Below are positions 31,465 to 39,723 of a stretch of 64,000 bases of DNA, in pieces. Every line of letters begins with the position of its first letter. The stretch's first letter is position 1. The notes below the pieces were generated by a model. That model saw nothing but the letters and a program-made list of their open reading frames with translations. It was not told the origin of the DNA and searched no databases. The stretch comes from Candidatus Poribacteria bacterium (GTDB taxonomy: Bacteria > Poribacteria > WGA-4E > JAJDTR01), in assembly GCA_965208765.1 (NCBI GenBank), contig OZ242354.1, positions 1,058,331 through 1,122,330 on the forward strand, in the 5' to 3' direction. The position numbers and the translations under genes were made by a program.

Positions 31465-31504
31465 CAATAAGATCGCAATATTGAACTTTCCCTTGAATTC
31501 TTCC

Positions 31505-31539
31505 AGCGCTGATTAATGAGATCAATCAGCGCTTTTTTA
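31505..31539 (+). terminator. Rho-independent terminator closing the ribosomal supercluster
   Basis: Perfect 10-bp stem AGCGCTGATT / AATCAGCGCT with a 9-nt loop, followed by a run of six T. Confidence 0.8.
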
Positions 31540-31603
31540 TGTTCCGGACTCACAGCAAACAGATGTTGGTCGGTGACGAATATTAGTCCATGGTGATCGC
31601 GTT

Positions 31604-32923
31604 TCAATATCGATATGCTGCGGACACAAACAAGCGATTCGATGTCTGAGCAGTATCGAGCAACTCGGCCGACTGTTTCCAAGAACCACGTATATACGCA
31701 ATGTCGAACTTTACAACTTCGTCAAAGACTTTGCCTATGCCAAATGTCCAGAAATCTCGATTGTTGTCAATTTCGCTCACGTTAAATGGGATGGGGTCAT
31801 ACATGTAACCCACGCGAGTGTAGGCATCAATCTTCTTGAATTGGTATTCTGCACCAACGCGAATCTGGACGGTCTTGTCATAGAACCGCTCGAAGTTATC
31901 GCGGGACACATCTTCCGCTGGCGGCGTGCTGTATTGCGTCTGTGTCCAATCTACGAATTGAACGTCACTAGCTAGTATCAAACACTCCTGCAGAAGTTTC
32001 ACGGCGACTCCTGCACCGAGTTCGAAGGGTCGTTCAATATTGAAAAGCATTGAGCCCTGGTCTGAATCGCTCTCGGCTACGCCATCGTCAAAACTCACAT
32101 AGGTCTCTTCCCGCCAAATCTCATCCACTTCAAGGTCCATAGGAGCAACAGCGTTGAGACCAAGAGTAACACTTTCGGTGATGTACGCAAGCAACCCGAA
32201 TCTACCTCCGACGCCGAAGTATTCGCGGTCAATGGTGTCATGGAATTCAAAGCTAGCCAGTTCAGGGTCGATGTTCTTCACATCAAATGCAACGCTGTCT
32301 AGTTCGTTAACGTGTGTTCCGTGCCAAAAGTCCATTGATGCGCCGAGTAAAATATTTCGTGAAATGAATACGCCCGCCCCGAAACTCCAAATCCCTATCC
32401 CTCCACGGTGGCTGCTGGTTTCGTCGACGTCCAGACCGCCGAAAGTTGTGTCGCGAGACGGATCTAATCCCTGAATTACAGTTCGAGAATCGAAGTCGAA
32501 TGGGCGATTATACCCTAATCCGATAGCAAAACCGCCTCGCCTTGCCTCGAATGGATATACTATCCCCATGGAATTAGGTCGAGTCTTTGATCGACTTGCG
32601 TTCGCCGGTCTTGAGCCGCTAAACTGTGTTTCAACTTCACTGTCGTTGTGAGACAGGCTTCCATAAAACTCGAATTTACGAATCTGGGCTAACCCTGCCG
32701 GATTCCAATACAGCGCCGTCAAATCATCTGCGACGCCAAGGAATGCACCTCCCATCCCCATCGCCCTTGTACCAACGCCAAAGGAATTGCCGATTGTGAT
32801 CTCCTCCACCTGAGCGAGGCTAGGAAGTGTGGGAAGAAATGTCGTAATGAATAGAACTGAGAACAGAACATAGGTTGTTTTCCAGCCGACGTGTCTTGGG
32901 ATATGGTGATTTGATCTTCTCAT
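31604..32923 (-). CDS. Outer-membrane beta-barrel protein, FadL/PorV-like
   Basis: Signal peptide; N-terminal GTRAMGMGGAFLGVADDLTALYWNPAGLA motif typical of FadL/TodX/PorV-like barrels; aromatic C-terminus ...FVSAAYRY. Confidence 0.75.
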   Translation of the reverse strand: MRRSNHHIPRHVGWKTTYVLFSVLFITTFLPTLPSLAQVEEITIGNSFGVGTRAMGMGGAFLGVADDLTALYWNPAGLAQIRKFEFYGSLSHNDSEVETQFSGSRPANASRSKTRPNSMGIVYPFEARRGGFAIGLGYNRPFDFDSRTVIQGLDPSRDTTFGGLDVDETSSHRGGIGIWSFGAGVFISRNILLGASMDFWHGTHVNELDSVAFDVKNIDPELASFEFHDTIDREYFGVGGRFGLLAYITESVTLGLNAVAPMDLEVDEIWREETYVSFDDGVAESDSDQGSMLFNIERPFELGAGVAVKLLQECLILASDVQFVDWTQTQYSTPPAEDVSRDNFERFYDKTVQIRVGAEYQFKKIDAYTRVGYMYDPIPFNVSEIDNNRDFWTFGIGKVFDEVVKFDIAYIRGSWKQSAELLDTAQTSNRLFVSAAYRY

Positions 32924-32931
32924 TTCTGTAT

Positions 32932-33540
32932 TTAGCGCCTCCTTTTGTATCTTCTCGAATCCCTAAACCTCGAAATATCCTCATTCGGGGTAGCGCGCTC
33001 TGAGTCGCTGTCCATTTTCGGGCGTGGTCGATCAGATGACGAACGTTGAGATTCCGCGCCGCGATGACTTCGTGAGCGCCTTTTGCCATGACGATAATCT
33101 CGGTTCTTGTAGTAGCGGGGTGAGGTTTTGCGGTAATGGCTCCGACCATACCGATAAGGGGTCCAATATCTATATCCGTAATTTCGGTAGTACGGATAGT
33201 AAGAGTAATATGGATAGTAGGAGTAATAGGGCGAATAGTAACCGTAATATGGGTAAGGATCTGAAAAATAGTATCCATCGTAATACGGAATGTGGCGATC
33301 ATAGGTTCGCTTGCGGCGACCGTAATATCCCTCATCCTCCTCGGTTTCAGTTTGCCCCTCTATCGTAGCTTGGTTATCCTTATCTTCTTTATGTTCATCG
33401 TGTGTCTTAGCTGCTTCGATCTCATTTGCTCCTCGAGGCGATATTCGTGAGGTTGTATTATACCCAAGTTGCGTATAACACCCAACCAGCAGAATGGGCG
33501 CCACCAACAACAAAGCAGTATAGACTAATCTGTTTCTCAT
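32932..33540 (-). CDS. Lipoprotein with an extreme Tyr/Pro-rich low-complexity core and a basic tail
   Basis: Start chosen at MRNRLVYTALLLVAPILLVGC (lipobox-like LVGC). The core is YYSPYYSYYPYYSYYPYYRNYGYRYW and the tail is rich in R/K/S. The stop lies 8 nt upstream of the OMP gene. Confidence 0.6.
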   Translation of the reverse strand: MRNRLVYTALLLVAPILLVGCYTQLGYNTTSRISPRGANEIEAAKTHDEHKEDKDNQATIEGQTETEEDEGYYGRRKRTYDRHIPYYDGYYFSDPYPYYGYYSPYYSYYPYYSYYPYYRNYGYRYWTPYRYGRSHYRKTSPRYYKNRDYRHGKRRSRSHRGAESQRSSSDRPRPKMDSDSERATPNEDISRFRDSRRYKRRR

Positions 33541-33973
33541 GATTTCTACCTCCATCGATTCTAGCGTGTCAATCCACGGTGCTTGACTTCCCAACGGTTG
33601 ATATTACAGTTCCCTTGTAGTAGCGTATTCCGGCTAGCTGTTGTAAGTGCAAGTCGAGACCATATTATATCACGCTAGGATCTGTTTATCCAATTTAAGC
33701 AGTTGCCAAGGCGCTATGAGCGAAGCGCTTTGCGACGTCGCCAAAAGTCAAATTTATCCTGATGCAAAACATAGACCAATTTCCGTCAATCATCATTGTA
33801 AGTAATTATGGGCAAGTAGACACCCTAAGGTACAGGGAGTGCATCGTTCCTACGACAGTAGTGGTAATTGAGCAACAATATCATGAGACGTTGTCCCGCG
33901 CATGATAAAATCCCGACTAAAGTTTGGGTTCAGTTGTACGGAACAAATCGAAGCAGGGCTCGAACCCTTAGAC

Positions 33974-34210
33974 CAGGGCAAACGCATCTAAATTTTCTGC
34001 ATCATAAGAAAGAAAATCAGGCTAAGTTTGTGACACTATTTTGGGATTCGTAGGTTGGGTTGAACGGAAATTCGTTAGTAATCGCTAATCTTGTAACAGT
34101 TTTCGAGTGCCTATTTCGCTTGAACGCGCCAAAATTTGAGTGAAACCCAACATTAATCGTACGGCCTACCACCATGAGCCCCTTCTCTGCAATTAGATGC
34201 GTTTCCCCTG
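33974..34210. mobile_element. 237-bp MITE-like element of the CAGGG-ended family (copy C) with a 10-bp target-site duplication
   Basis: Left terminus CAGGGCAAACGCATCT (33974..33989). Right terminus AGATGCGTTTCCCCTG (34195..34210). Termini match 15/16. Flanked by a perfect direct repeat ACCCTTAGAC at 33964..33973 and 34211..34220. Confidence 0.8.
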
Positions 34211-34229
34211 ACCCTTAGACTAATGAGTA

Positions 34230-34258
34230 TTGGAAAAAGCGGATTGATGTGATATAGT
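34230..34258 (+). promoter_or_regulatory. Putative sigma70-type promoter for the 34291 operon
   Basis: TTGGAA (34230..34235), 17 nt, TATAGT (34253..34258), 33 nt upstream of the ATG at 34291. Confidence 0.4.
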
Positions 34259-34290
34259 ATCGTCTAAAATGGAGGGAAGGTGTTTTCAAT

Positions 34291-34674
34291 ATGAAAGACA
34301 TTACACTGAAGGATTTTCTGCTCTTGATTTGTAACGTATTATTTACGGTGACGGGGCAACTCCTTCTTAAGCAAGGAATGATCCGTGTAGGACGTGTGGA
34401 TGATGTAAATCGCGTGCTACACAAACTAATGCAGGCATTTACAAACCCGTTCGTTGTTGGTGGTATCGCGACATATGGCTTCACGACGATGATTTGGCTC
34501 GTTATTCTTTCGAGAGTCAAGTTAAGCGTTGCTTACCCGATAATCAGTCTAGGTTATGTCGTGTCAATACTCTTCTCATGGATTATTTTCAAGGAGTCGG
34601 TTCCAAGGGTTAGGGTGCTCGGCGCAGTGATAATTTGTATCGGCGTTTATCTAGTCGCTATTGCTAATGACTAA
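34291..34674 (+). CDS. Small EamA/DMT-type membrane protein (ArnE/ArnF-like)
   Basis: 127 aa with 4 TM segments, LFTVTGQLLLKQGM...VAYPIISLGYVVSILFSWIIFKE. Resembles undecaprenyl-phosphate-sugar flippase subunits. Confidence 0.6.
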   Translation: MKDITLKDFLLLICNVLFTVTGQLLLKQGMIRVGRVDDVNRVLHKLMQAFTNPFVVGGIATYGFTTMIWLVILSRVKLSVAYPIISLGYVVSILFSWIIFKESVPRVRVLGAVIICIGVYLVAIAND

Positions 34675-34687
34675 TCAAGAGGTCAAG

Positions 34688-35194
34688 ATGGTACGAGTAG
34701 GAGACGGAAAACCATCCTACTTAGCTATGCTGTTGTCACTAATTCTTCCCGGTCTTGGGCAGATGTACCTTCGAAGATGGCTGAAAGGTATCATCCTGTT
34801 TTTGGGTGTTGCCTTAGGCGCGGCAATTTTCTATCTCAACTCACTGCCGGTAGACAGTTGGGAAGACCTTCTGCACTTCGACGATTTCGCCGATAGGTGG
34901 AAGGAACGGCAGTCCGACAACACAAGTGTTGTACCGCCGTCGGACACTGAGGATCCAATGCAAGAGATAGAAGAGGAGCTGGGATACCATATATGGACAT
35001 TTGAGAATGGCAAGAAATTGATGTACCGACCTTCATGGAAGCTAAAGTTGAGCGGTCTCGTCCAAGGGCTAGTTTTCTGGCTGTACGCCATTATTGACGG
35101 GTGGCGCGGCGAAAAGGGTTTCAACAAGCGAGCATTCAAAAGACGATTAAAGGAGGCGAAGAACAGTGAGGAATTCAAAGCGGACGGGAAATAA
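34688..35194 (+). CDS. Hypothetical membrane protein
   Basis: Start at MVRVGDG after the AAGAGG RBS. Two TM segments with an LPGLGQMYLRRW motif and a charged C-terminal half. Confidence 0.55.
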   Translation: MVRVGDGKPSYLAMLLSLILPGLGQMYLRRWLKGIILFLGVALGAAIFYLNSLPVDSWEDLLHFDDFADRWKERQSDNTSVVPPSDTEDPMQEIEEELGYHIWTFENGKKLMYRPSWKLKLSGLVQGLVFWLYAIIDGWRGEKGFNKRAFKRRLKEAKNSEEFKADGK

Positions 35195-35277
35195 ACAAGA
35201 ATCGGACGCGAAGTAGGCTAGTGTCCCATAGAAGAATACAAATGGCTAGTTAAGAACATCAAGAAATACGCTTCCAA

Positions 35278-36732
35278 ATGTGCGTATCAAATCCAAAATT
35301 CATGAGCAAAATAGACCTACAAGTCGCGTCTACCGCTACCCGGCATGATTGTAGGTTAATTTTCATTTTCTATGCGGCGCTGACGGCGTGGCGATCCTGC
35401 CGGGACATCACGGCTCTTGTTTGCCTTATTCTTGCTAGCAGTGTACTCGGTTGCCAGAACACGCAAGAATCTTCCCTAGAGCAATGCGAAGAGTTGATTC
35501 GGTCAGACATGGTTTTGGAAGCTATAAATCTACTGGAGAAGATTGTAGAGGTAGATGAGGAAAGCGCTAGAGCCAGAGAGTTGCTCGGACATGCTTATGA
35601 TAAATCGGGACGCTTTCAAGATGCCGTTATCCATCTAAAAACAGCGAAGCGTCTTTACATCGATCAGCCTCAGGCGGAAGCCGCCGTACGAATGAGACTT
35701 GCAACTCTCTATATGAAGTTGGGCAATCGACAAGATGCTCATATAGAACTTCGTGCGATTGTCAACACGACGTCTAATGAAGCCATGCTTCGTAAGGTGG
35801 CAGGAATTGTTGGCGACGCATACCAGGTCGCGCAACTCACGCATGGGGACGCCGACAACTACTCTCCGATCTTTGCGCCTGATGGAATGCGGATTGCATT
35901 CTCTTCCTTCCGTCAAGACAATGGTGAGATCTACGTAATGGATCTTTCGGGACGTATACGTCAGCGTGTCACTTTCACTACGGACCTCAATGAGACCTCA
36001 CCGGCGTTCCTTAACGATCCGAACTATGTCTTCTACAGTTGCGAGCCCAAGAACTCACGAGAAGTCAAGATAGTTTTACAAAGCAGTGGATCTACGCCGA
36101 TATATTCCGGATTCAAGGTCACGCACATTCACAGCAAAGAAACATACGAAGTCTTGCCGATGGGATTTGGCGTTAGAGCACCGCGTGTGGCGCCGGATGG
36201 ACAACGTGTAGTTTATGAATCTAACGCTGACGACAACTTAGAGTTGTACGTGCTAGATTTCGGCGGATTAAGCATCCAAGATATTGACAGAAATACGATA
36301 CAGATAGAAAGGATCACACGCAATGAAGTGGATGATGGTAGCCCATGCTTCTTTCCGCACGGAAATCGAATAGTGTTTGTATCGGCGCGAGAGAAGATTC
36401 ACCAACTCTACGCTATGAGCACTGACGGTGGAGCAGGGATACATCTTAACCCGAGCAGACACGACTGCTATAACCCTGTCGTTTCCCTTGATGGCAAGTC
36501 AATTGCCTTCGTTTCGGCACGCGATGGCGACATCGAAATCTATATGATGGATGCGGACGGCACAAACGAACGGCGCTTAACCAATGGGGTTGGTGTATCG
36601 ATGCAACCGGCGTTTTCCCAAGATGGACGCATGCTTGCCTTTGTTTCAGATCGTAGTGACAACTTCCAGATCTACCTCATGTCCCTTGACCAGCCAGTTA
36701 CCCGCGACCAACTAGCCCAACGCCTACAATGA
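35278..36732 (+). CDS. TPR-containing, TolB-like beta-propeller (PD40 repeat) lipoprotein
   Basis: Lipobox-like ASSVLGC. TPR-like helix pairs at aa 70-170. Repeated PD40 signatures (SPIFAPDGMRIAFSS, PRVAPDGQRVVYES, PVVSLDGKSIAFVS, PAFSQDGRMLAFVS). Confidence 0.75.
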   Translation: MCVSNPKFMSKIDLQVASTATRHDCRLIFIFYAALTAWRSCRDITALVCLILASSVLGCQNTQESSLEQCEELIRSDMVLEAINLLEKIVEVDEESARARELLGHAYDKSGRFQDAVIHLKTAKRLYIDQPQAEAAVRMRLATLYMKLGNRQDAHIELRAIVNTTSNEAMLRKVAGIVGDAYQVAQLTHGDADNYSPIFAPDGMRIAFSSFRQDNGEIYVMDLSGRIRQRVTFTTDLNETSPAFLNDPNYVFYSCEPKNSREVKIVLQSSGSTPIYSGFKVTHIHSKETYEVLPMGFGVRAPRVAPDGQRVVYESNADDNLELYVLDFGGLSIQDIDRNTIQIERITRNEVDDGSPCFFPHGNRIVFVSAREKIHQLYAMSTDGGAGIHLNPSRHDCYNPVVSLDGKSIAFVSARDGDIEIYMMDADGTNERRLTNGVGVSMQPAFSQDGRMLAFVSDRSDNFQIYLMSLDQPVTRDQLAQRLQ

Positions 36733-36733
36733 C

Positions 36734-37306
36734 ATGGAACTGGACGCACTCAAACGTGATATAGAGTTTGATGCCAATCTGCGCGGATTTGACTTTTCAT
36801 TCTGTTCTACATGGGGACTTTTTTCGCCGAGGGCCATTGATTCGGGAACGCGTCTACTCATCAATCATCTTGAGGTTAACACGGGGAATTCATGCCTCGA
36901 TCTCGGATGCGGTTACGGTGCGATTGGACTTGTGATGGCGAGGCTGTCAGGCAACGGCAAAGTTTACATGGTCGACAAGGATTTCGTAGCAGTTGAACAC
37001 GCCATCAAAAACGCCAAACGAAACTGCGCACGGAACTGCGAGGTGATGTTGAGCAATAACTTCAGCCATCTACCCGATATTAAATTCGATGTCATCGCCT
37101 CAAACTTGCCGGCAAATGCCGGGAAGGAGCTAATACGAATTATTTTTCTGGAAGCTCGAAACCACCTTGAACCAACTGGTCGACTCTACGTAGTCACGAT
37201 TTCCGGTCTTCGTGGATTTGTCAAACGGAATCTCAAAGAGGTCTTCGGGAATTACCGGAAACTCAAGCAAAGCGGAACCCATACCGTTGGCTTGGCTGTG
37301 CGGTAA
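36734..37306 (+). CDS. Class I SAM-dependent methyltransferase (RsmC/RlmG-like small domain)
   Basis: GLFSPRAIDSGTRLL, LDLGCGYGAIGL and DVIASNLPANAG (variant of NPPF) motifs. Starts 1 nt after the preceding stop. Confidence 0.7.
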   Translation: MELDALKRDIEFDANLRGFDFSFCSTWGLFSPRAIDSGTRLLINHLEVNTGNSCLDLGCGYGAIGLVMARLSGNGKVYMVDKDFVAVEHAIKNAKRNCARNCEVMLSNNFSHLPDIKFDVIASNLPANAGKELIRIIFLEARNHLEPTGRLYVVTISGLRGFVKRNLKEVFGNYRKLKQSGTHTVGLAVR

Positions 37307-37398
37307 ACTCTAAGACTTGCCGGAAGACTTTACAAGCATAAACAACCTGCGCGCTTCCTCGCCCTTTGCGTAAAAACTGAAGAACGCAGCTACTATAC

Positions 37399-38178
37399 TC
37401 ACCACGTGTTACGAACCGCAACTCCTTCTGCGTGAAGGTACTGCTTGATGTTCTTTATTGTGAACTCCCCGTAGTGAGTGATTGATGCTACGATTGCAGC
37501 GTCAGCATTGCTCCTGATAAAGACATCGCGGAGATGTTCCGGTTTGCCTGCGCCGCCCGACGCTATAACCGGTACCGGTGCCAGAGCTGCTATGGCACCG
37601 GTCAGTTCGAGATCGTATCCGGCTTTTGTACCGTCCTGATCAATACTGTTGACTACAATTTCCCCTGCGCCCAATTCCACCCCGTGTTGCGCCCACTGGA
37701 TTGCATCCAATCCCATCGGTCGGCGTCCGCCGTCAATGTAGATCTCAAATCCACTTGGAATCCGATCGCTTTTCGGTACGCGTTTCACTTGCATACTGAG
37801 AACCACGCACTGACTGCCAAACGCCTCTGCGCCCTGCCTGATCAGTTGCGGATTTCTTACAGCGCCCGAGTCGATGCTTACCTTCTCGGCGCCAGCTAGG
37901 AGCACTCGCCGCATGTCCTCAAGCTCTCTCAGACCGCCGCCAACCGAAAACGGAATGAAGATTTCCGCCGCAACCGCAGAGACGACGTCAATCATAATGT
38001 TCCGATTTTCGTTACTTGCAGTAATATCGTAGAAGACGAGTTCATCCACTCCGCTTTCGTAATAAAATCTTGCCATTTCTACCGGGTCGCCCACATCAAC
38101 ATTTCCCTCGAAAGCAACTCCCTTCGTAACTTTGCCGGCACGTACATCAAGGCAAGGGATTATCCGTTTTGTCATCAT
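37399..38178 (-). CDS. hisF: Imidazole glycerol phosphate synthase cyclase subunit HisF
   Basis: [18 protein letters not shown]...VFYDITAS...SVGGG...IASGGAG. Full-length match to the HisF pattern. No hisH or other his genes are in the window. Confidence 0.9.
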   Translation of the reverse strand: MMTKRIIPCLDVRAGKVTKGVAFEGNVDVGDPVEMARFYYESGVDELVFYDITASNENRNIMIDVVSAVAAEIFIPFSVGGGLRELEDMRRVLLAGAEKVSIDSGAVRNPQLIRQGAEAFGSQCVVLSMQVKRVPKSDRIPSGFEIYIDGGRRPMGLDAIQWAQHGVELGAGEIVVNSIDQDGTKAGYDLELTGAIAALAPVPVIASGGAGKPEHLRDVFIRSNADAAIVASITHYGEFTIKNIKQYLHAEGVAVRNTW

Positions 38179-38230
38179 GCCATTGCTCTCCCGACGACGG
38201 GATCGGGGTGAAGTCAGTAACAGCCGCTAG

Positions 38231-39616
38231 TTAAAATGTGCTTGCACTCGTGGTCGTGTGGCACCACCGAAAAATGGCGAGATATCGTAGCAACGCATCC
38301 ATTGCTTCGGGTGTACCTATCCACTCAAGTGCTACAGACGCATTGAAACGTACATATCGATTTTCATCTTTTAGCGCATTTGCAAGTGTCGGAACGGCGT
38401 CGCTAGCGGGTCTCCCTATCTGCGCCAGTGCCAACGCCGAATCGAAACGAACCTGGTCGTCGCTATCGTGCAGCGCGTCTATTAGCGCGGGTACGGCGTC
38501 TTGTGCGGACTCACCAACCGAGCCGAGAGTTTCGACCGCGTGACGTCGTACCTGAACACATGGATCGCGCAACGCTTTAATAAGTGCAGGAACAGCTTTA
38601 CGTGCGGAGAGATCCATCTGGGCAAGCGCGTACGCCGCATTCAGGCGCGTGGACTCAGAAGGATGATTCAATGCGTCAACCAGCGCCGGCACGGCTGCCT
38701 TTCCGACAGCTCCTAAGCCGTATGCGGCCGAACGGCGAGTTAGTTCGCTATCCTTTCTTAGCGCATCAATCAGCATTGGTACTACAGAGTCACTAACATC
38801 ATCAACTGAACCTAGTGCATAAGCGGCATCAAGACTTGCTACCTCGGAACAACCATGTAACTGGTTTGCTAATGTGGAGATATCGCCATTCGACGAGGAT
38901 TTCTTTCCACATAGCCAGTCCCAAATATGCCGCCACATAGCTTCATGATTTCCTAGGGGTGCTTCCCAACCAATAGGCTTCCAGGTTGGGGTTTCAGGCT
39001 GCCATGGAGCAACAGCAGGTGATTTCATCCGCACAAACTCAAATTTCATCATGAAGCGATGCTTTTCTGTTTGATTTGCCATTGCACGGTGCCACAAGTC
39101 AAAATGGAGGAGCGTAACGGTCCCCGCCTCGCCGTATAGTGGAGTCCCTTCAGCACCATCCTCATGAAGTCGCGTGTTGTAATACTGTGTTCCGGGCAGT
39201 ACCGCCGACGGGCCAATCGCCTTGACAACGTCTTGTGGATAGTAGAACGCCAATACCCAATGAGGGCAATGGTGGCGCACTTTATCGTACCCCCAGTAAC
39301 TGTCTTTGTGAAAATTCTGCTCGGCGCTGCCCGGTAAGTTGTGATGTGGATGACGATGCGAGTGCATGATAAAATCTGGGCCCAGGAGCCCCGACAGGGC
39401 GCTGCGCACCGAAGGGTGATCGAATACTTCCTGAATTTCTGGAACTTGAGGGAGAAGGTTATTTCCCGGATTCCCAGCCGATTCAAATACTGCTTTGGTT
39501 CGTTGGTAAATCCGGTCATGAAAACTTCGGGGAAATTCCGGCTTTACCGTCATATATCCATTTACGATGAAGTGTCTCATATCTTCATCACTAAACTTAT
39601 ACTTTTTATCTGCCAT
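38231..39616 (-). CDS. PhyH-family Fe(II)/2-oxoglutarate dioxygenase fused to C-terminal HEAT (PBS-lyase-like) repeats
   Basis: N-terminal 230 aa or so carry the HxD motif (NFHKDSYW) and a distal His (DLWHRA). The C-terminal 190 aa or so carry about 5 repeats of the form AVPALIxALxDxxxxVRxxAaxALgxIG. Confidence 0.8.
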   Translation of the reverse strand: MADKKYKFSDEDMRHFIVNGYMTVKPEFPRSFHDRIYQRTKAVFESAGNPGNNLLPQVPEIQEVFDHPSVRSALSGLLGPDFIMHSHRHPHHNLPGSAEQNFHKDSYWGYDKVRHHCPHWVLAFYYPQDVVKAIGPSAVLPGTQYYNTRLHEDGAEGTPLYGEAGTVTLLHFDLWHRAMANQTEKHRFMMKFEFVRMKSPAVAPWQPETPTWKPIGWEAPLGNHEAMWRHIWDWLCGKKSSSNGDISTLANQLHGCSEVASLDAAYALGSVDDVSDSVVPMLIDALRKDSELTRRSAAYGLGAVGKAAVPALVDALNHPSESTRLNAAYALAQMDLSARKAVPALIKALRDPCVQVRRHAVETLGSVGESAQDAVPALIDALHDSDDQVRFDSALALAQIGRPASDAVPTLANALKDENRYVRFNASVALEWIGTPEAMDALLRYLAIFRWCHTTTSASTF

Positions 39617-39723
39617 TCATGGTCTCCCTTTTAATTGGTAGATCCAAAACTAAACTGATATAGATTGTAGTTCACTAAATTAGCGTTCAAGTAAGATGCG
39701 TCGAGTTAAGATTGCTTGGATTA

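Noticed and set aside
33945-33973. GGGTTCGAGCCC (minus strand) resembling a tRNA T-arm next to the MITE insertion site, which suggested a tRNA-targeted insertion
   Set aside because: It forms only a 4-bp stem with a 6-nt loop. After mentally excising the element, no cloverleaf can be drawn from the surrounding sequence.
33868-34053. 61-aa + strand ORF
   Set aside because: It straddles the left terminus and target duplication of the 237-bp MITE, and has no RBS or recognisable features.
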